This document shows, one piece after another, positions 10,251 through 18,852 of a stretch of DNA of 64,000 nucleotides. The notes below the pieces were generated by a model, which saw only the letters and a list, made by a program, of their open reading frames with translations, was not told the DNA's origin and made no database searches. The position numbers and the translations under genes are program-made. The stretch is from an uncultured Pseudomonadota bacterium. Lineage in GTDB: Bacteria > Pseudomonadota > Alphaproteobacteria > Rs-D84. The stretch lies in NCBI GenBank assembly GCA_902798205.1, contig CADBVV010000003.1:2927-66926 (forward strand). Direction: 5' to 3'. How positions within the stretch are numbered: the stretch's first letter is position 1; each line of letters starts with the position of its first letter.

Positions 10251-11147
10251 TTATTTCATATTAATAATTTTTTCAGCAAACGAACCCGGCAAAACCTTTA
10301 AATCACGAAAAGTTGTTTTTTGAAAGAAAGCATCTTTTGTAACCTGTTTAAAAACTTTTTCATCAAAAGGTTTATCACGATATCCCCACCACAACATATG
10401 TGTTCCATCTTGTAACACGTGTGGCATTTCTTCAAAATATTTCTTTGCACGTTCATCATGCATAACAAGTGTCTTGAATAATAATTGATGCATAAAATAA
10501 TCTGTTTCTTTATTTTCATGCATCCAATAATCCAATATCATCGCGCGCCATGCCGCCAATAAATAGGCACCCTTGCGTGCACGGATAAAGCAATTTTGAA
10601 CAAAACTGTATCCAAAAGACCAGTCAGGATTTACCAAAAACATGAAAAAATCGGCATCAGTTATAAACTTTGGTATTGGTTCTGTGACAAAACCTGTTGC
10701 ATCCAACCAGTAACCACCATACTTATAAAGTAATTCAACACGACAAATATCTGCAAAATGCGCATGTCCTATTTTTCCATCATGATATTTTTGAACAATA
10801 ACATCCGGCAAAGAAATATAATCAAAGATTGTCTTTGAATCCAATATAACCAATTCTTGTTTGCAATGACGGCGAACACTGCGAAAACAAGATTTTACAA
10901 TTTCCGGTGCGTTTTCTTCACCCTGCAACCAAAGAGTCCAGATTTTTTCATTTTTATCATTTTTTTCCACTTTGGTTTCTTTAACATCTTTAACTGCTGG
11001 TAAATATTTTTGAAAATATTTATCAACAGTTTTCATTATATAATCAGTCCTTATTTTTCGTCTTTTATCACGCGAATACCACAAAGGATTCAAAATATGT
11101 CCGAATAAAACCAGTTTAAATTTTATATATTTGTTAGAAAAATTCAT
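10251..11147 (-). CDS. capsular polysaccharide synthesis / DXD sugar-transferase family protein (paralog 2)
   Basis: Collinear with paralog 1 (WLQGEENAP..HFADICRVELLYKYGGYWLDAT). Confidence 0.6.
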   Translation of the reverse strand: MNFSNKYIKFKLVLFGHILNPLWYSRDKRRKIRTDYIMKTVDKYFQKYLPAVKDVKETKVEKNDKNEKIWTLWLQGEENAPEIVKSCFRSVRRHCKQELVILDSKTIFDYISLPDVIVQKYHDGKIGHAHFADICRVELLYKYGGYWLDATGFVTEPIPKFITDADFFMFLVNPDWSFGYSFVQNCFIRARKGAYLLAAWRAMILDYWMHENKETDYFMHQLLFKTLVMHDERAKKYFEEMPHVLQDGTHMLWWGYRDKPFDEKVFKQVTKDAFFQKTTFRDLKVLPGSFAEKIINMK

Positions 11148-11206
11148 TTTTTATCCTTTGTATTACAAAGTTAATTCAGGCGGCAAAAATATGCCGCCCA
11201 TCATTT

Positions 11207-12277
11207 TTATTCTTCAACAATACCTTCGTCTTCATCAATCGGACCAGTTGTCATTTCTTCGGCAATACCATTTGCCTTTGCCATGATTTTATCAAGCAAT
11301 TCTTTCTGAGCCTCTTCATGATCTTTCAACCATTGACGTGCATTGGCTTCACCCTGACCTATTCTTTCATTGTTGTATGAATAGAACGAACCAGCCTTTT
11401 CAATCAAATTATATTTAACACCCATATCCAAAATTTCACTTATTCTGGAAATACCTTCACCATACATAATTTTAAAATCAACCGTACGGAAAGGTGGTGC
11501 AACTTTGTTTTTAACAATCTTTACACGTGTTTCGTTACCGATAACATTTTCTTTATCTTTGATTGCACCAGTTCTGCGAATATCCAAACGAACAGACGCA
11601 TAGAATTTTAATGCATTACCACCAGATGTTGTTTCTGGGCTTCCAAACATAACACCAATTTTCATACGAATCTGGTTAATAAAGATAAGCAATGTATTAC
11701 TGCGTGATACAGAACCAGCCAATTTTTTCAAAGATTGAGACATCAATCTTGCGGTTGTTCCCATATATGTATCACCAATGTTGCCTTCCAATTCAGCCTT
11801 TGGTACCAATGCCGCAACAGAATCAACGACGACGACATCAACCGCACCAGATTTAATCAGTGTGTCTGCGATTTCTAATGCCTGTTCACCAGAATCAGGT
11901 TGTGAAATAATCAAATTAGAAACATCTACACCTAATTTTTTCGCATAACTTGGATCCAATGCGTTTTCTGCATCAATATATGCGCATGTTCCACCTTTCT
12001 TTTGAGATTCAGCAACAGCATGCAATGCTAATGTTGTTTTACCAGAACTTTCTGGACCATAAATTTCAACAATACGTCCCTTTGGATAACCACCGATTCC
12101 AAGTGCAATATCTAACCCCAAAGACCCAGATGAAATTGCTTCGATATTTTGTTGTGAACCATCACCCATTTTCATAATGGCTTCTTTACCAAATTGCTTT
12201 TGAATTTGAGCAAGTGCCGATTCCAATGCTGGATTTTTTGCGGGTGCGTTTTCTTTAACTATTTCTTTCTTTGCCAT
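11207..12277 (-). CDS. recA: recombinase RecA
   Basis: [16 protein letters not shown] Walker [18 protein letters not shown] and the [37 protein letters not shown] signature. Confidence 0.97.
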   Translation of the reverse strand: MAKKEIVKENAPAKNPALESALAQIQKQFGKEAIMKMGDGSQQNIEAISSGSLGLDIALGIGGYPKGRIVEIYGPESSGKTTLALHAVAESQKKGGTCAYIDAENALDPSYAKKLGVDVSNLIISQPDSGEQALEIADTLIKSGAVDVVVVDSVAALVPKAELEGNIGDTYMGTTARLMSQSLKKLAGSVSRSNTLLIFINQIRMKIGVMFGSPETTSGGNALKFYASVRLDIRRTGAIKDKENVIGNETRVKIVKNKVAPPFRTVDFKIMYGEGISRISEILDMGVKYNLIEKAGSFYSYNNERIGQGEANARQWLKDHEEAQKELLDKIMAKANGIAEEMTTGPIDEDEGIVEE

Positions 12278-12338
12278 AAAATACCCCTTTCGTTTTATAG
12301 TGAAATCATACTAAGAAAAACATGCTAACGCAAGGGTA

Positions 12339-13568
12339 TTATTTATTGTCTGACCACAAAACTATTGTTGACAAAATAGCCATTGTCGCAGTAATTATCC
12401 ATACTGCAGAAGTCGTTCCAAACACAGCGATACACATCGTTCCTAAAATTGGTGCAACTACACTTGGAAAATTAACACTGGTTCTGAAAAAACCGTAATA
12501 TTTGGATTGTTCTTTTTTTGGCATACTATTAAAGAACAATAAATCGTGTGAAGATTCCATTAATGCCCCAGATATTTGCCACAAAACAAATATAGCCAAT
12601 AATGCAGGTCCACTTATAAATGTTGCGGCAACAGAAAATACCGCAAACGAAGCAAAACCACATGTTAACCAAAAACGCGCACCATATTTCTTGATAAATT
12701 TTCCTATAAATAAATTAACCAAGACATACGGCAAAACACCAATTGATAAAATTGTTCCCAATGTTTCATTTGAAAAACCATTTTCTATCACAATAATTGG
12801 AACATAAAGCAATCGCATTGAACGCAACGCAAAAAAACCAAAATTAACAACATAAGCCCGCAACATACCTGTCTTTTTGAAAAAAGACACTGCTTCCATA
12901 CGCAACAAACGAATTGTTTTTTTCATATTAACACGTTTAAGTGTTTTATCTTGCTGAACTATTCCAAAATGTTTAAAAAACAAAAGCCCAGAAAAATATA
13001 TCATACCTGCCGCCAATAATGGCATTCTATAATTTCCACCAAAAAAATTCACAACCGTCATCGCAAACACAGGCGCAACAATTCCACCAACATTTCCCCA
13101 AAAATGATATCGTGCATTCAAACGTTCCATTCCAATATCTTTGGAAAAATCAGACATAAAAAGTGGTAATAAAATCCCCAGCATAGTAAGCGCAAAATTA
13201 TTTACAAAATCTAATGTAATAAATGTCATTGGTTTAACAGAAAAACTCATCATACAATAACATGCGCCCAATATTACCATGGTTATATAAAGCAATCTTG
13301 TTTTTGTAAACCAATGTAAAATTTCTGCAGAAAACAAACCAACTATAACAGCGAACAAAGCATAAATTGATGCATAAACACCAACGGTGGCAGAAGCCAT
13401 TTCTTCATTAAAAAATAATTTAAATATACCCAACAAACAAAGGGAATAAACCGTGTTAACAACACTGTTGGCAAAACCAGTAAATAACCCCAGATTTGCA
13501 AAAGAAAATCCGTTTACATTTTTATTAATAGAAAGATAACGTTCTCTCTTCATTTTTTCCCTTGGCAT
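12339..13568 (-). CDS. MFS-type transporter
   Basis: 409 aa with about 12 hydrophobic segments in a two-half organisation. Substrate unknown. Confidence 0.65.
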   Translation of the reverse strand: MPREKMKRERYLSINKNVNGFSFANLGLFTGFANSVVNTVYSLCLLGIFKLFFNEEMASATVGVYASIYALFAVIVGLFSAEILHWFTKTRLLYITMVILGACYCMMSFSVKPMTFITLDFVNNFALTMLGILLPLFMSDFSKDIGMERLNARYHFWGNVGGIVAPVFAMTVVNFFGGNYRMPLLAAGMIYFSGLLFFKHFGIVQQDKTLKRVNMKKTIRLLRMEAVSFFKKTGMLRAYVVNFGFFALRSMRLLYVPIIVIENGFSNETLGTILSIGVLPYVLVNLFIGKFIKKYGARFWLTCGFASFAVFSVAATFISGPALLAIFVLWQISGALMESSHDLLFFNSMPKKEQSKYYGFFRTSVNFPSVVAPILGTMCIAVFGTTSAVWIITATMAILSTIVLWSDNK

Positions 13569-13606
13569 AAATATAGCATATATAAATATTTTATAAACTG
13601 ATTTTT

Positions 13607-14086
13607 TTATATATCAAAGCGGGATGTATTCGCATGTGTCAATGCAATCGCAATAGCATCACTTTCATCCGGTGTTTTTGGGTGTGCGGTTGGCAATAAT
13701 ATAGAAAGCATTTTATATATTTGATCTTTGTCCGCATGTCCCATTCCAGTTAATGCCTTTTTAACCTTATTTGGTTCATATTCAAACACTGGAATATCAT
13801 TAACAGCGACAGCAGTTATAGCCGCCGCACGCGCATGCCCCAACAACAAAGTTGTTTTTCCATTTTTGTTAACAAATATAACTTCGATACTGCATTCTGT
13901 TGGATGAAATTCTTGGCATAAATCTTTTACGCCATTAAAAATAAAAGCCAATCTTTCTGCCAAGGATAATTTAGTTGGTGGCAATATAACACCACTGGCA
14001 ATATATTTGCGCGAAGAACCTGCAACATCTATAATTGCCCAACCAGTATGCAAAAGTCCAGGATCGATTCCTATAATTCTTTTCAT
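13607..14086 (-). CDS. ruvC: Holliday junction resolvase RuvC
   Basis: IIGIDPGLLHTGWAII and C-terminal PDESDAIAIALTH are RuvC catalytic motifs. Confidence 0.9.
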   Translation of the reverse strand: MKRIIGIDPGLLHTGWAIIDVAGSSRKYIASGVILPPTKLSLAERLAFIFNGVKDLCQEFHPTECSIEVIFVNKNGKTTLLLGHARAAAITAVAVNDIPVFEYEPNKVKKALTGMGHADKDQIYKMLSILLPTAHPKTPDESDAIAIALTHANTSRFDI

Positions 14087-14418
14087 TTTCGTATTGTTAT
14101 TTTGCTGACACTTTCCCTGCCGTAATATTTATTAACTTTTGTTTTTATTTCTTCAACCTTGTATGATAATTCCAGCGCAAATGCCGGTGATATTGGTCTT
14201 ATAACTATATTAAATTTTTTATCACGTGAAAGTTTGATTGCAACAACAGTTGATATTTTTGATATATCATCACCAACTATTTTTGACCAATTATTAACCA
14301 AATCTGCATCACTGGTTCGAACACCAAACATTTCCATCAAACCGCCAAACGCAGACGCCAAAGTTTGTGGACGTGATTTTCGCAAATCTAAATTAACTTT
14401 TTTATCTTGGTTTGACAT
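14083..14418 (-). CDS. DUF721 (DciA-like) protein
   Basis: 111 aa. The pattern W..IVG..I...T.....L....L.I......A.EL is typical of DUF721. Overlaps ruvC by 4 nt. Confidence 0.55.
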   Translation of the reverse strand: MSNQDKKVNLDLRKSRPQTLASAFGGLMEMFGVRTSDADLVNNWSKIVGDDISKISTVVAIKLSRDKKFNIVIRPISPAFALELSYKVEEIKTKVNKYYGRESVSKITIRK

Positions 14419-15496
14419 AACTGTATTCCTTTGGCATCAAGATAAACATTTGACCTTGTGAATGTTGACCATGTGCAACCTGATATGCTTCATCCCCAGA
14501 CCCAAAGAATATATCTGCACGTATCCATCCGCGAATTGCGCCACCTGTATCTTGGGCAATCATCAATCTGTTAAAAGAACGCCCATCAGACAAAGATGTA
14601 TTTATATATACTGGTAATCCAAGTGTATAAATACTGTCATCCATTGCTACACTTCGTATTTTTGAAAGTGGTGTTCCCAATTTACCAATCACACTGTGTT
14701 GTGGTGCTTCATAGAAATAAACATAACGCGGGTTATTATAAATAACTTCTTTTGCCAAAGACGGATTTTGTTTCAAATGTGTCCATACGGCATCTGCACT
14801 GTATCCACCCGCAGGCTTTATACCCTTTTGTTGTAATTGTGTTCCAATAGATTTAAATGGCATATCGTTAACAGCGGCAAAATTCAATTTAACCATTGTC
14901 CCATCTTCCAATTTTAACATACCACTGCCCTGGATTTGCAGGTTTTGCACATCAACAATATTTGCCCAATACAATATGCGCCCTATTTTATTATTCACAA
15001 TGTCGCGTTTTGAAACTCCTTTATAGTTTCGTCCATCAATTGGCACACCCATAATAGGTTCATTGCATTGCGCAGTGCGTGTTTTGCATCCCGGTATCAC
15101 AGGCGAATAATATCCGGTATATGTCCCTGTTTTGCCACCTTTTTCATTATAAACCTGATATGGTTGGAAATTAGATTCAAACCATGCGCGCACTGTTTTT
15201 ACATCCGCAGAACTGCTTGGCAACATATTACATTTTTCACGCAATAATTCCGGATCCGGGATAACAGAACCAGTATATTGAATCTTTGCATTACACGTAT
15301 TACGGAATGCCTGCAGAGCATATCTGACATCATCATCACGCCACCCCGGCAACGCAGCATAAGAAACCGCTGTCAAATTAGATGGTATCTTGGAATCATC
15401 GCCAACATGTGTTGGTGCAGACAAATCACACCCAGACATCAATGCGACAAGGCAACAAATTCCGCAAAAACGCATAAAATTACAAAAAGACAACAT
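14402..15496 (-). CDS. mltA: membrane-bound lytic murein transglycosylase A
   Basis: MltA-specific and 3D-domain motifs (NPRYVYFYE, RSVAMD, AQDTGGAIRG..RADIFFGSG). Start moved to MLSFCNF..LMSGC (lipoprotein signal) at 15496. The ORF-track start at 15604 would overlap secB. Confidence 0.8.
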   Translation of the reverse strand: MLSFCNFMRFCGICCLVALMSGCDLSAPTHVGDDSKIPSNLTAVSYAALPGWRDDDVRYALQAFRNTCNAKIQYTGSVIPDPELLREKCNMLPSSSADVKTVRAWFESNFQPYQVYNEKGGKTGTYTGYYSPVIPGCKTRTAQCNEPIMGVPIDGRNYKGVSKRDIVNNKIGRILYWANIVDVQNLQIQGSGMLKLEDGTMVKLNFAAVNDMPFKSIGTQLQQKGIKPAGGYSADAVWTHLKQNPSLAKEVIYNNPRYVYFYEAPQHSVIGKLGTPLSKIRSVAMDDSIYTLGLPVYINTSLSDGRSFNRLMIAQDTGGAIRGWIRADIFFGSGDEAYQVAHGQHSQGQMFILMPKEYSYVKPR

Positions 15497-15577
15497 TTTA
15501 ACATCCCCCCACTTGTAAAAAGTATTTCTTAATGCTATATTATCATAAAACGATGGATAAAAAAAGGAGCAATCGCA

Positions 15578-16027
15578 ATGCCAAAGTTTAATATTATATC
15601 TCAATTCTTAAAAGACATCTCTTTTGAAAGCCCAAATGTGCCTGAATTATTCTTTAAACAGGACGGCGGCCAGGCAAAAATGGAAATCAACATTGACATT
15701 AATATCAAAGGTGCCGAAAACAATTTATTTATGGTAGATTTGATTACACGCGTTCATTCTAAATTGGAAAAAGACAACAAAACAGTATTTTTGATTGAAT
15801 CAACATATACTGGTATGGTCCAATACGAAGAAAAAGACGAAGAAATCAAAAAGAAAACATTATTGATTGATGTTCCAACTGTTTTGTTCCCATATGTTCG
15901 TTCTATGGTGACAAGATTAACCGCAGAATCTGGTTTCCCACCACTTTCTATGCCATTGGTTGATTTTGCAGATCTTTATGAACAAAGACAAAAACAAGCT
16001 GCTGAACAAAAACCAGCAAATCAATAA
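15578..16027 (+). CDS. secB: protein-export chaperone SecB
   Basis: FNIISQFLKDISFESPN and LLIDVPTVLFPYVRSMVTRLTAESGFPPLSMPLVDF are typical of SecB. Confidence 0.9.
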   Translation: MPKFNIISQFLKDISFESPNVPELFFKQDGGQAKMEINIDINIKGAENNLFMVDLITRVHSKLEKDNKTVFLIESTYTGMVQYEEKDEEIKKKTLLIDVPTVLFPYVRSMVTRLTAESGFPPLSMPLVDFADLYEQRQKQAAEQKPANQ

Positions 16028-16036
16028 GATTTGAAA

Positions 16037-16075
16037 AATAAAAAAACACCGGCAAATGCCGGTGTTTTTTTTATT
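16037..16075. terminator. bidirectional intrinsic terminator (ACACCGGCAAATGCCGGTGT family)
   Basis: Hairpin 16046-16065 flanked by A7 and T8 between convergent secB and yebC. Near-identical hairpins occur at 32495 and 54635. Confidence 0.8.
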
Positions 16076-16088
16076 TCTTTAATGACAA

Positions 16089-16805
16089 TTATGCTGCTGC
16101 GGTAAAGACTTTTTGAACATCATCATTATCGTCCAACGCATCAACCAATTTTTCAATTTTGGCATATGCTTCGTCATCCAAATCAACAGGCATATTTGGA
16201 ACCCATGTGATTTCTGCGTTTTCTGGTTCGCCAAGTTTGTCAGCCAAAGCCTTTTGAATATTCATGAAATTATCTGGTTTTGTTGTGATAATAAAACCTT
16301 CTTCGGATGATTCCAGGTTATCTGCATCAACTTCCATAACCAATTCCATCATTTCATCTTCACTTTTACCAATGGATGCAGGATACATAATTTGACCAAC
16401 ATGTGTAAACATGAAAACAACAGAACCTTCTTCGCCCATATTTCCACCATTTTTGGCAAAAATATTACGAATTTCTGGCACTGTACGACGTGGATTATCA
16501 GTCAAAGCTTCTACGATAACAGGAACTGCATTTGGACCATAACCTTCGTAACGCACTGCGACAAAGTTATCTGTGTTTGCACCAGATGCCTTTTCAATTG
16601 CGCGTTTAATGTTATCGTTAGGCATAGATGCCTTGCGTGCTTGTAAAATTGCCAAACGCAATCTTGGGTTATTATCTGGATTTTTATCACCCAATTTTGC
16701 CGCCATAGTTATTTCACGCGCCAATTTAGTAAACAAACCGCTGCGTGCCGCATCAACCAATCCTTTTTTGTGTTGGATGTTGTGCCATTTACTGTGTCCA
16801 CTCAT
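16089..16805 (-). CDS. yebC: YebC/PmpR family DNA-binding transcriptional regulator
   Basis: MSGHSKWHNIQHKKG N-terminus and family-typical length (238 aa). Confidence 0.9.
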   Translation of the reverse strand: MSGHSKWHNIQHKKGLVDAARSGLFTKLAREITMAAKLGDKNPDNNPRLRLAILQARKASMPNDNIKRAIEKASGANTDNFVAVRYEGYGPNAVPVIVEALTDNPRRTVPEIRNIFAKNGGNMGEEGSVVFMFTHVGQIMYPASIGKSEDEMMELVMEVDADNLESSEEGFIITTKPDNFMNIQKALADKLGEPENAEITWVPNMPVDLDDEAYAKIEKLVDALDDNDDVQKVFTAAA

Positions 16806-16855
16806 ATTTGACCTTTTGATTTTATTGTATTAAAATTACACCAAAAGGATAACAA

Positions 16856-17422
16856 ATGATTGGAAAATTGCAAGGTGTAATTGATTATATTGGCCCAGAT
16901 TATGTTATTTTAATGGCTGGACCTGTTGGTTATAAAGTTTACACCCCTGAAATCTTTGCTCTAAAGGCCCCTGTTACACTTTGGATTGAAACGGTCGTCC
17001 GCGAAGATTCCATAAGATTATTCGGCTTTTCAACAATTGCCGGACAAAACCTGTTTAACCAATTAACCACCGTATCCGGTGTTGGTCCAAAGGTTGCATT
17101 GGCCATCATGGGAACAATCAAAACAGATACTTTGATGACAGCAATTGCGACCGGAGACGCAAAAACAATTGCAACAGCCCCAGGGGTTGGCAAAAAAGTA
17201 GCCGAAAAAATCATTGTTGAATTAAAGAATAAAATGGGCGGTGCCAATTTTGATTTTGGAACAGATTCTGGTGTGTTACCTGATTTATTGGCGGCATTGG
17301 AATCTTTGGGTTATCGCCGTATGGATATTATCGACATGGCACAACACCTTGTATCACAAAACCCAGATGCAGATATTTCCAAACTTGTTCCATTGGCATT
17401 AAAAGAAATAAGCGGTAAATAA
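16856..17422 (+). CDS. ruvA: Holliday junction helicase subunit RuvA
   Basis: MIGKLQG..DYVIL..GVGYKV and HhH motifs (VSGVGPKVALAI, PGVGKKVAEKII). Confidence 0.9.
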   Translation: MIGKLQGVIDYIGPDYVILMAGPVGYKVYTPEIFALKAPVTLWIETVVREDSIRLFGFSTIAGQNLFNQLTTVSGVGPKVALAIMGTIKTDTLMTAIATGDAKTIATAPGVGKKVAEKIIVELKNKMGGANFDFGTDSGVLPDLLAALESLGYRRMDIIDMAQHLVSQNPDADISKLVPLALKEISGK

Positions 17423-18717
17423 TGGAAAACAACGACACAATCTTTGCATTATCATCGGCACCTGGCAAATCAGGCGTTGCGGTTATACGCGTATCTGGTG
17501 ATAATTTATCAGACATTTTCAAGCGCATTATAAACAAAGATAAATTTGATATTCGATATAACTATTTTACAAATTTTCGTGATGATAATGGCGATTTGAT
17601 TGATCAATGCGTTGCAACTTTTTTTGCAGGCCCAAATTCATTTACAGGCACCGATGTTATCGAAATATATTCACATGGTGCAATGGCGGTTATCGACAAA
17701 ATATTTGATTTTTTGCGCGCACACAAATGCCGTATCGCAACACGTGGTGAATTTTCAAAACGTGCATTTTATAACAACAAAATGGATTTGACCGATGTTG
17801 ATGGTTTAATCGCATTGCTTGATGCACAAACCGATAAACAGCGCCAAAGCGCATTAAAATCATTAACCGGTGGTGATGCAAAAACATATTCCAATTGGCG
17901 TAATCAAATGATTGAAATATCGGCCTATGCGGCGGCTATATTGGATTATGATGCAGATGATTTACCGAAAGATATTGATAAAAAAATTATCAAACAAACA
18001 GAAGTTTTATTAAATGAATTAAAAGAAAATATAAATGGATACCATGCATCACGCGCAATAAGAAATGGTTTCAATATTGCATTGGTTGGCGAAACCAATG
18101 TTGGTAAATCATCAATATTCAATAAATTGGTTGGATCAAATCGCGCGATAGTTTCCGACATTGCCGGCACAACACGTGATGTAGTATCACAACAAATTGA
18201 TATTGATGGATATTTGGTCAATTTATCAGATACCGCGGGTATAAGGGACGCAACCGATGAAATCGAAAAGATTGGAATCGAACGTACACACGAAGAAATC
18301 AAAAATGCAGATTTAATTATTCATGTATATAATAAAATGCCTGAAAAATTTTCTGGTGATGAAATAACGGTTATAAACAAATCAGATTTATTATCGGATA
18401 CATCAAACAAATCTGTTATTTATACATCTGTGATAAACGACAGCGGTTTTGATAAATTATTAAACACCATCAAAAATAAAATGCATGAATTGATGGGCGG
18501 GTCTGAATCAAGAATTGCGATTAATGAACGCACATATGAATTATTAAACGATGCAATTTTTGAATTGGATACAGCCATAAATAATTATGATGGCAATTAT
18601 GATATATTTGCAGAACACATACGACGTGGCGCTGACGCAATTGGAAAAATATTGGGCACAATAACAACGGCCGAAATCGCAGACGCCACATTTTCAAGAT
18701 TGTGTTTGGGAAAGTGA
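17422..18717 (+). CDS. mnmE: tRNA uridine-5-carboxymethylaminomethyl modification GTPase MnmE
   Basis: DTIFALSS..G.VAVIRVSG, G-domain GETNVGKSSIFN and C-terminal CLGK. The start overlaps the ruvA stop (TAATG). Confidence 0.92.
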   Translation: MENNDTIFALSSAPGKSGVAVIRVSGDNLSDIFKRIINKDKFDIRYNYFTNFRDDNGDLIDQCVATFFAGPNSFTGTDVIEIYSHGAMAVIDKIFDFLRAHKCRIATRGEFSKRAFYNNKMDLTDVDGLIALLDAQTDKQRQSALKSLTGGDAKTYSNWRNQMIEISAYAAAILDYDADDLPKDIDKKIIKQTEVLLNELKENINGYHASRAIRNGFNIALVGETNVGKSSIFNKLVGSNRAIVSDIAGTTRDVVSQQIDIDGYLVNLSDTAGIRDATDEIEKIGIERTHEEIKNADLIIHVYNKMPEKFSGDEITVINKSDLLSDTSNKSVIYTSVINDSGFDKLLNTIKNKMHELMGGSESRIAINERTYELLNDAIFELDTAINNYDGNYDIFAEHIRRGADAIGKILGTITTAEIADATFSRLCLGK

Positions 18718-18769
18718 ATTTTTTAAATTAAATATAAACTGATTTACAAAAATAAATTAGAATGATGAA

Positions 18770-18830
18770 GATGCGAAGCCGTTGGCAAGCGTAGTGTAGT
18801 TGACCTACATGAGCGAACCAACGGCAAACA
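18770..18830. repeat. GC-rich nested palindromic element between convergent genes
   Basis: GCCGTTGG (18778-18785) pairs with CCAACGGC (18818-18825). Inner hairpin is TGTAG-TTGAC-CTACA followed by TGAGCG. It shares motifs with the inserts at 31059-31132 and 62590-62673. Confidence 0.5.
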
Positions 18831-18852
18831 GATTTATTATTATAATTTATTT

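Noticed and set aside
12278-12338. Looked for an alphaproteobacterial SOS box (GTTC-N7-GTTC / GAAC-N7-GAAC) upstream of recA
   Set aside because: Only a degenerate GTTAGCATGTTT string is present, with no convincing match, so no LexA site is called.
15497-15604. N-terminal 36-aa extension of the MltA ORF (and likewise the TTG-initiated 37-aa extension at 31760-31870)
   Set aside because: The extensions precede clear signal peptide or RBS-associated ATG codons. In the MltA case the extension would overlap the divergent secB start.
16046-16065. Recurring 16-20 nt GC hairpin (also at 32495 and 54635) considered as a CRISPR-like or REP repeat
   Set aside because: The copies are single, tens of kb apart, always flanked by A- and T-runs between convergent genes. 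They are intrinsic terminators, not an array.
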